This document shows positions 59,960 through 64,000 of a stretch of DNA of 64,000 nt, piece after piece (within the stretch, counting starts at the first letter, position 1; the number at the start of each line of letters is the position of its first letter). The translations under genes and the position numbers were made by a program. The notes beneath the pieces are model-generated. The model was not told the origin of the DNA, made no database searches, and saw nothing but the letters and a program-made list of their open reading frames with translations. The stretch is from IMG/VR virus record IMGVR_UViG_3300028833_000098, positions 32,001-96,000 of that record. One strand, 5' to 3'. This DNA comes from a virus (Duplodnaviria > Caudoviricetes).

Positions 59960-61006
59960 TCACAACAACTCCATCAGATTCAGATCTCCAACTTTCAACT
60001 TCATAAAAGCATCAAGATCATATAGATCTATTAGTGACGCTTTAAGTTTCTCAACAACAGATGTTGGGATCATTCGTGTATGACTATCGATATCAATAAG
60101 CTGATATGCTTTACGCAAATAATCATGATACTTGGGATCGATGATTGGTAATACTGAATCAATAGTTTTTGGATCTTTTGGTATATCACCACGTTCATAT
60201 GCTCTTAACAGATCATTTGCAAATGACGAGATACCGAGTTGTGTTATACCAATTAATCCTCTACCAAAGTCTCCTATTACAGCATTGAGCAAAGCATAAA
60301 ATACTTTGTTCTGGATGAATGTAAACATGATGTCGTTATCAATGTTTGACACTGATTGAACTATCATTGTTGGATCTGACAGCTGATGATTGAACTTTGT
60401 CAATATGACTTTTGTGTTTGGTTCAAGCATGTATGTTGTCATTATGGGAGAGCCAGATATGATTAATCTGGCTCTTCCGTTTGTCTTATAGTCATCAATT
60501 ACATTAGGTACGATGTAGTTATCCAAACTATTACAACGAATAAGATATGAGTTAGGTACATACTTGAGAACAACTTCAACCTTTTTCATTGATTCAGTCC
60601 AATAATAATTCAACTGTGCATATCTTTCTGAATCATACTTATTTGCATATGGTGCCAGATATGATTTTATGACTTCACGTTCAGGCAGTTTTCCAAACTC
60701 GAAGTCATTTACCATTAAGAACAATCTAACCTCTTGGAACTTGTTTGAAGCCCAGTCTTTCCAATGTTTAAGAGTTGTAAGAGTGTTTTCAATTATATCA
60801 CTCTCAATCTCATCTTCATTTGCGAATGGTAAAGACTGTAAGAATTTAGATGATGATCCCAATACAGGAATAATTGTATTGAGATCTATGAAGATATCAA
60901 GCTTGGAGAAAGAGTTAACAAACTCTTCTCCAACGAATGATGATATCACGGCATATCTCGTTTTGAGATATTTGCCGAATATAGGTCCTACAGAGAATTT
61001 ATACAT
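59960..61006 (-). CDS. 5'-3' exonuclease/FEN (PIN + H3TH)-like protein
   Basis: N-terminal IFIDLN and an H3TH-like AVIGDFGRGLIGITQLGISS. Confidence 0.5.
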   Translation of the reverse strand: MYKFSVGPIFGKYLKTRYAVISSFVGEEFVNSFSKLDIFIDLNTIIPVLGSSSKFLQSLPFANEDEIESDIIENTLTTLKHWKDWASNKFQEVRLFLMVNDFEFGKLPEREVIKSYLAPYANKYDSERYAQLNYYWTESMKKVEVVLKYVPNSYLIRCNSLDNYIVPNVIDDYKTNGRARLIISGSPIMTTYMLEPNTKVILTKFNHQLSDPTMIVQSVSNIDNDIMFTFIQNKVFYALLNAVIGDFGRGLIGITQLGISSFANDLLRAYERGDIPKDPKTIDSVLPIIDPKYHDYLRKAYQLIDIDSHTRMIPTSVVEKLKASLIDLYDLDAFMKLKVGDLNLMELL

Positions 61007-61018
61007 ATCAACCCTCCA

Positions 61019-63021
61019 TTATAGATTTTCTCCTCCGAATATAAAGTCCTCAAAACTACGAGGACCAACACGGTTGATTTTGTTACGCTCATCAAATATT
61101 GCATGTAACAAATGATGACGAGTCTGCTCAAATGCAAGAGCAACAGTAACTGATTCGTGATTAGCCAATGCTGTCTTGAGACGCATTATCTGATATTCAG
61201 GATCAGGTTTTGTCCAATTGGGACGTAGGAGTTTATTCTCAATTGAACGTACGAGATGACCAATGATGATTCTGCATGAACAGAATATATTGGTATAATA
61301 CCATGTATAAGATGTGCGAGTTCAGTTACAGCATCTTCGATTGTGTTGAACTTTGTTATGTCATTCTCCAGCATCTTCATGATGTTCATATAACGTGCAG
61401 TCATCATGATGTTTACTGGGATTATCGAACATAGAACTCCTTCTCCAAGTTCAAGTACCTTGTGTGATGATATTTTGTAGTATGTTTCGTCGTTCACAAG
61501 AACTTCTTTAAATGCATCAGTTATAACATCAGGAATATGAATGGATGCATATTTTGATACAACGATAGGGAACATATCTTTTCCGATATAGATAGTGAGA
61601 TTTTCTGATATATTATCGAGATAATCTTCCTTAAAGTATATATCAAACTTTTTATCATCAGTGGGAATGAGTGTTGAATTCTCCATGATGAAGTATTTTT
61701 CATATCCATCAGAGAACTCTATCTTTTCTGAATTGGTTTTCAGAAGATGTTTAGCAGAGAGAATTTTCTGACCAACATCCTTTGTCAACAATTCTGTTGT
61801 ATAGATAAAGCCACCCTCAAGGTCTCCAACCTTCAATGCCTTGGTACCATAACATACATGACAGCAGTCCTCATTCAGATTACATGTACAAGGACTTCTG
61901 AACCAGAGCTTCTTTCCGAGTAATGATGTATCTTTCTTATTAAAGATTTTATATGGACCAACATTTTTCTTTTCCTGATAATATCGTCCATCCATCATTT
62001 CAAGCATGCACTCATCAATCTCTATCGGGATAGGATTTACTGAACCACAATCCCATACAGTTCTTGATAGAGTTCCATATGTCAGAATCCATAAGTTACG
62101 AGCAAAGTAACCTGCTGATCCCATGTATTCTTCATTCATGATGTCAGGAACACGTGCTGCAATGGCACCAGCATACATTACCGGGAGATCATGGTAACCT
62201 GCACGGAATCCATTACCGTTCATGATTACTGGTACAATGTTTTTACCATCAGGAATCTGAGAGAAGTTTATGTACAACTCTTCCATCTGTTTAGGTTTGA
62301 GGATTGGTGTGTATTTATCAGCTAAGAAGAATGGGTTTCCTCTTTTAATCATTTCAGCTTCAAGCAATTTATACTTTTCCTTGTTGGCTTCAACGATTTC
62401 ACTTGTCTGCATAGTTGGTGGATATTCTGTATTATTAATATCTCTGATGATTTTCGAATCACGATAATGATCGAGAAACAGATTCTCTGCAGTGAATACC
62501 TGCATATCAGCCATGGAGAATATCAATAATAACTCTTTAAGATCCAACGACATTCTTGACATTATTACCTGGATCTCACGTATGGTTTTTCCATATGAAG
62601 ATAACGTCTCTGCTATTTTGTCTTGGATCTTAACTCTTGCCTTTTTAGACATGTAGTCTTTGAGTAAGAAGTCATTGATATCTATGTATTCCAGATAGTT
62701 GATCACTGTTCTCAAGAATACGAGACTGATCATGAATCTATTCAAAGGAAGTTCATATGTGATATCATCTTCAAGAGACTTCTTGAATTTAATGAATGTG
62801 AATTGGAGTTTGTTACCCTTGTCGTCTTTGTTGCTCCAGCAAAGTGAAGCAACATCAACGACTCTGTTGTACAAATAGTCGAAGTTATTCTTGAATCTAT
62901 CGAGAAGAATAACATCGCCTAATGCTTTATAGATTTGATCAACTGAAGTGATTGAATCAAGAACCTTGAGATCTTCAAATTCCGACTCATTGACATCTGT
63001 ATTGATATTATAATTTATCAT
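61019..63021 (-). CDS. RNA polymerase beta' subunit, C-terminal part (probably non-virion RNAP); apparent frameshift near 61270
   Basis: Bridge helix SAGYFARNL, DCGS, Zn site RSPCTC...CHVCYG and trigger loop GQKILSAKH. The -1 frame restores HAEIIIGHLVR (RpoC KHIEVIVRQM) and runs to TAA at 61019. Confidence 0.85.
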
Positions 63022-63044
63022 TATATTTTCCTCCAGTCATTTCA

Positions 63045-64000
63045 TTAGTTATCGATCATGTCTTTAGTAACCTTGAAGTTCATCAACATTTCCTTACGTG
63101 CTGATATGTTCTCCTTTCCACTACCTACAAGATTACCCATAATTGTATTTACATTTGGATTATCCATGCTAACACGGAGCAGTCTTCTTGTTTTAGGATC
63201 CATGATAACTTCACGAGATGCATATGCTGGTGAAGAACCAAGTCCCTTGTATCTATCCTTTATTGTCGGATAGAATCTTTCGACATCCTCGAAGAACTTT
63301 GATAAAGTTACAGATTTCTTCCTACCAGTATTCTTTTCGGGATATTCAACAATGAGACCATACTTCCTTATTGCATTGATATTGTATTGAAGTTGTTCTA
63401 TTAAATCATCATCAATAATAACAAGATGATCATGTAAATCTATAACAGCTTTGAGTTGATGTATCTTATGATCATACGTTATTTCAGGATATATTTTAAT
63501 GATGTTTCCTAACCATTCATCTATGTTATCTTCGAATCCCTCAACAGTATTTCCATACTTCATAAATCCTTCTGCAATAAACTCAAGAAGCTGAGGCGAT
63601 GTTGAACGAGTAATACTTGTATCAGTCAAGTTTGCAAGGTAATCGAATATATCTGACACGAGATCGCCAGCAGATACCTTCTGTCTAACATCAGGAAGAT
63701 AGAGTTCTATATTACCGATGGAATTTACACATGCATCAATATATTCTGATTGTGATGCAACGAAGTATACATCCTTTCCTGCCACGAGTCTGTAGAGTGG
63801 TGGTTCAGCAATATACAACTTACCAGCTCTAACAATGTCAGGAAGGAACTTGATGAAGAATGATGAGAATCCAACACGGATATGATATCCATCAATATCA
63901 GCATCAGTTGCTATGATGATCTTATCAAATGCAAGTTTTCTTATATCAAATGAAGGACCGATACCACATTCAAGAACTTTAACAAGATTCAACCAGGGTT
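63045..64000 (-). CDS. gyrB: DNA gyrase/topoisomerase II subunit B, C-terminal part (5'-truncated by window)
   Basis: TOPRIM KIIIATDADIDGYHI, YIAEPPLY and RYKGLG, with a gyrase-type insertion. Confidence 0.9.
   Translation of the reverse strand, partial: PWLNLVKVLECGIGPSFDIRKLAFDKIIIATDADIDGYHIRVGFSSFFIKFLPDIVRAGKLYIAEPPLYRLVAGKDVYFVASQSEYIDACVNSIGNIELYLPDVRQKVSAGDLVSDIFDYLANLTDTSITRSTSPQLLEFIAEGFMKYGNTVEGFEDNIDEWLGNIIKIYPEITYDHKIHQLKAVIDLHDHLVIIDDDLIEQLQYNINAIRKYGLIVEYPEKNTGRKKSVTLSKFFEDVERFYPTIKDRYKGLGSSPAYASREVIMDPKTRRLLRVSMDNPNVNTIMGNLVGSGKENISARKEMLMNFKVTKDMIDN

Noticed and set aside
61186-61270. Programmed -1 frameshift in beta'
   Set aside because: No X XXY YYZ slippery site or obvious downstream structure; a sequencing error is more parsimonious.
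1-64000. CRISPR arrays, tRNAs, introns/inteins, alternative genetic code
   Set aside because: No repeat-spacer arrays, cloverleafs, or intein/homing-endonuclease motifs were seen. Genes read through with the standard code. The two breaks are 1-nt frameshifts, not stop reassignments.

Overview
This is a gene-dense, AT-rich 64 kb segment of a jumbo myophage that encodes split multisubunit RNA polymerase subunits (AR9/PBS1/phiKZ-type organisation). The host is most likely a cellulolytic Ruminococcus-like Firmicute, which is an inference. 1-19.6 kb (+) is the head module: Zn-protease-like protein, gp25-like wedge, RNAP beta C-terminal subunit, three paralogous inner-head proteins, T4 gp21-type prohead protease, a 1236-aa polyprotein-like head protein, scaffold and major capsid protein. 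19.7-27.8 kb (+) is a tape-measure/tail lysin with C39, 2x M23 and lysozyme domains. 27.8-39.8 kb (-) holds small early genes, an HU-like protein, RusA and tail-fibre genes. 40-44 kb (+) is a baseplate protein. 44-56.5 kb (-) carries large receptor-binding/Gly-rich proteins. 56.7-64 kb (-) has early genes, a BCS1-like AAA ATPase, a FEN-like protein, the RNAP beta' C-terminal subunit (apparent 1-nt frameshift) and partial GyrB. The most striking observation is a Ruminococcus-type dockerin, split by a phage repeat, inside a tail fibre. It suggests the phage docks onto host cellulosome cohesins. Other notable signals are a pervasive hydrophobic-x-E|A/S/G maturation motif in head proteins, a TATATTATT putative early promoter, and a nested ~170-nt structured leader upstream of the AAA ATPase. 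All assignments come from motif recognition by eye; no database searches were run.
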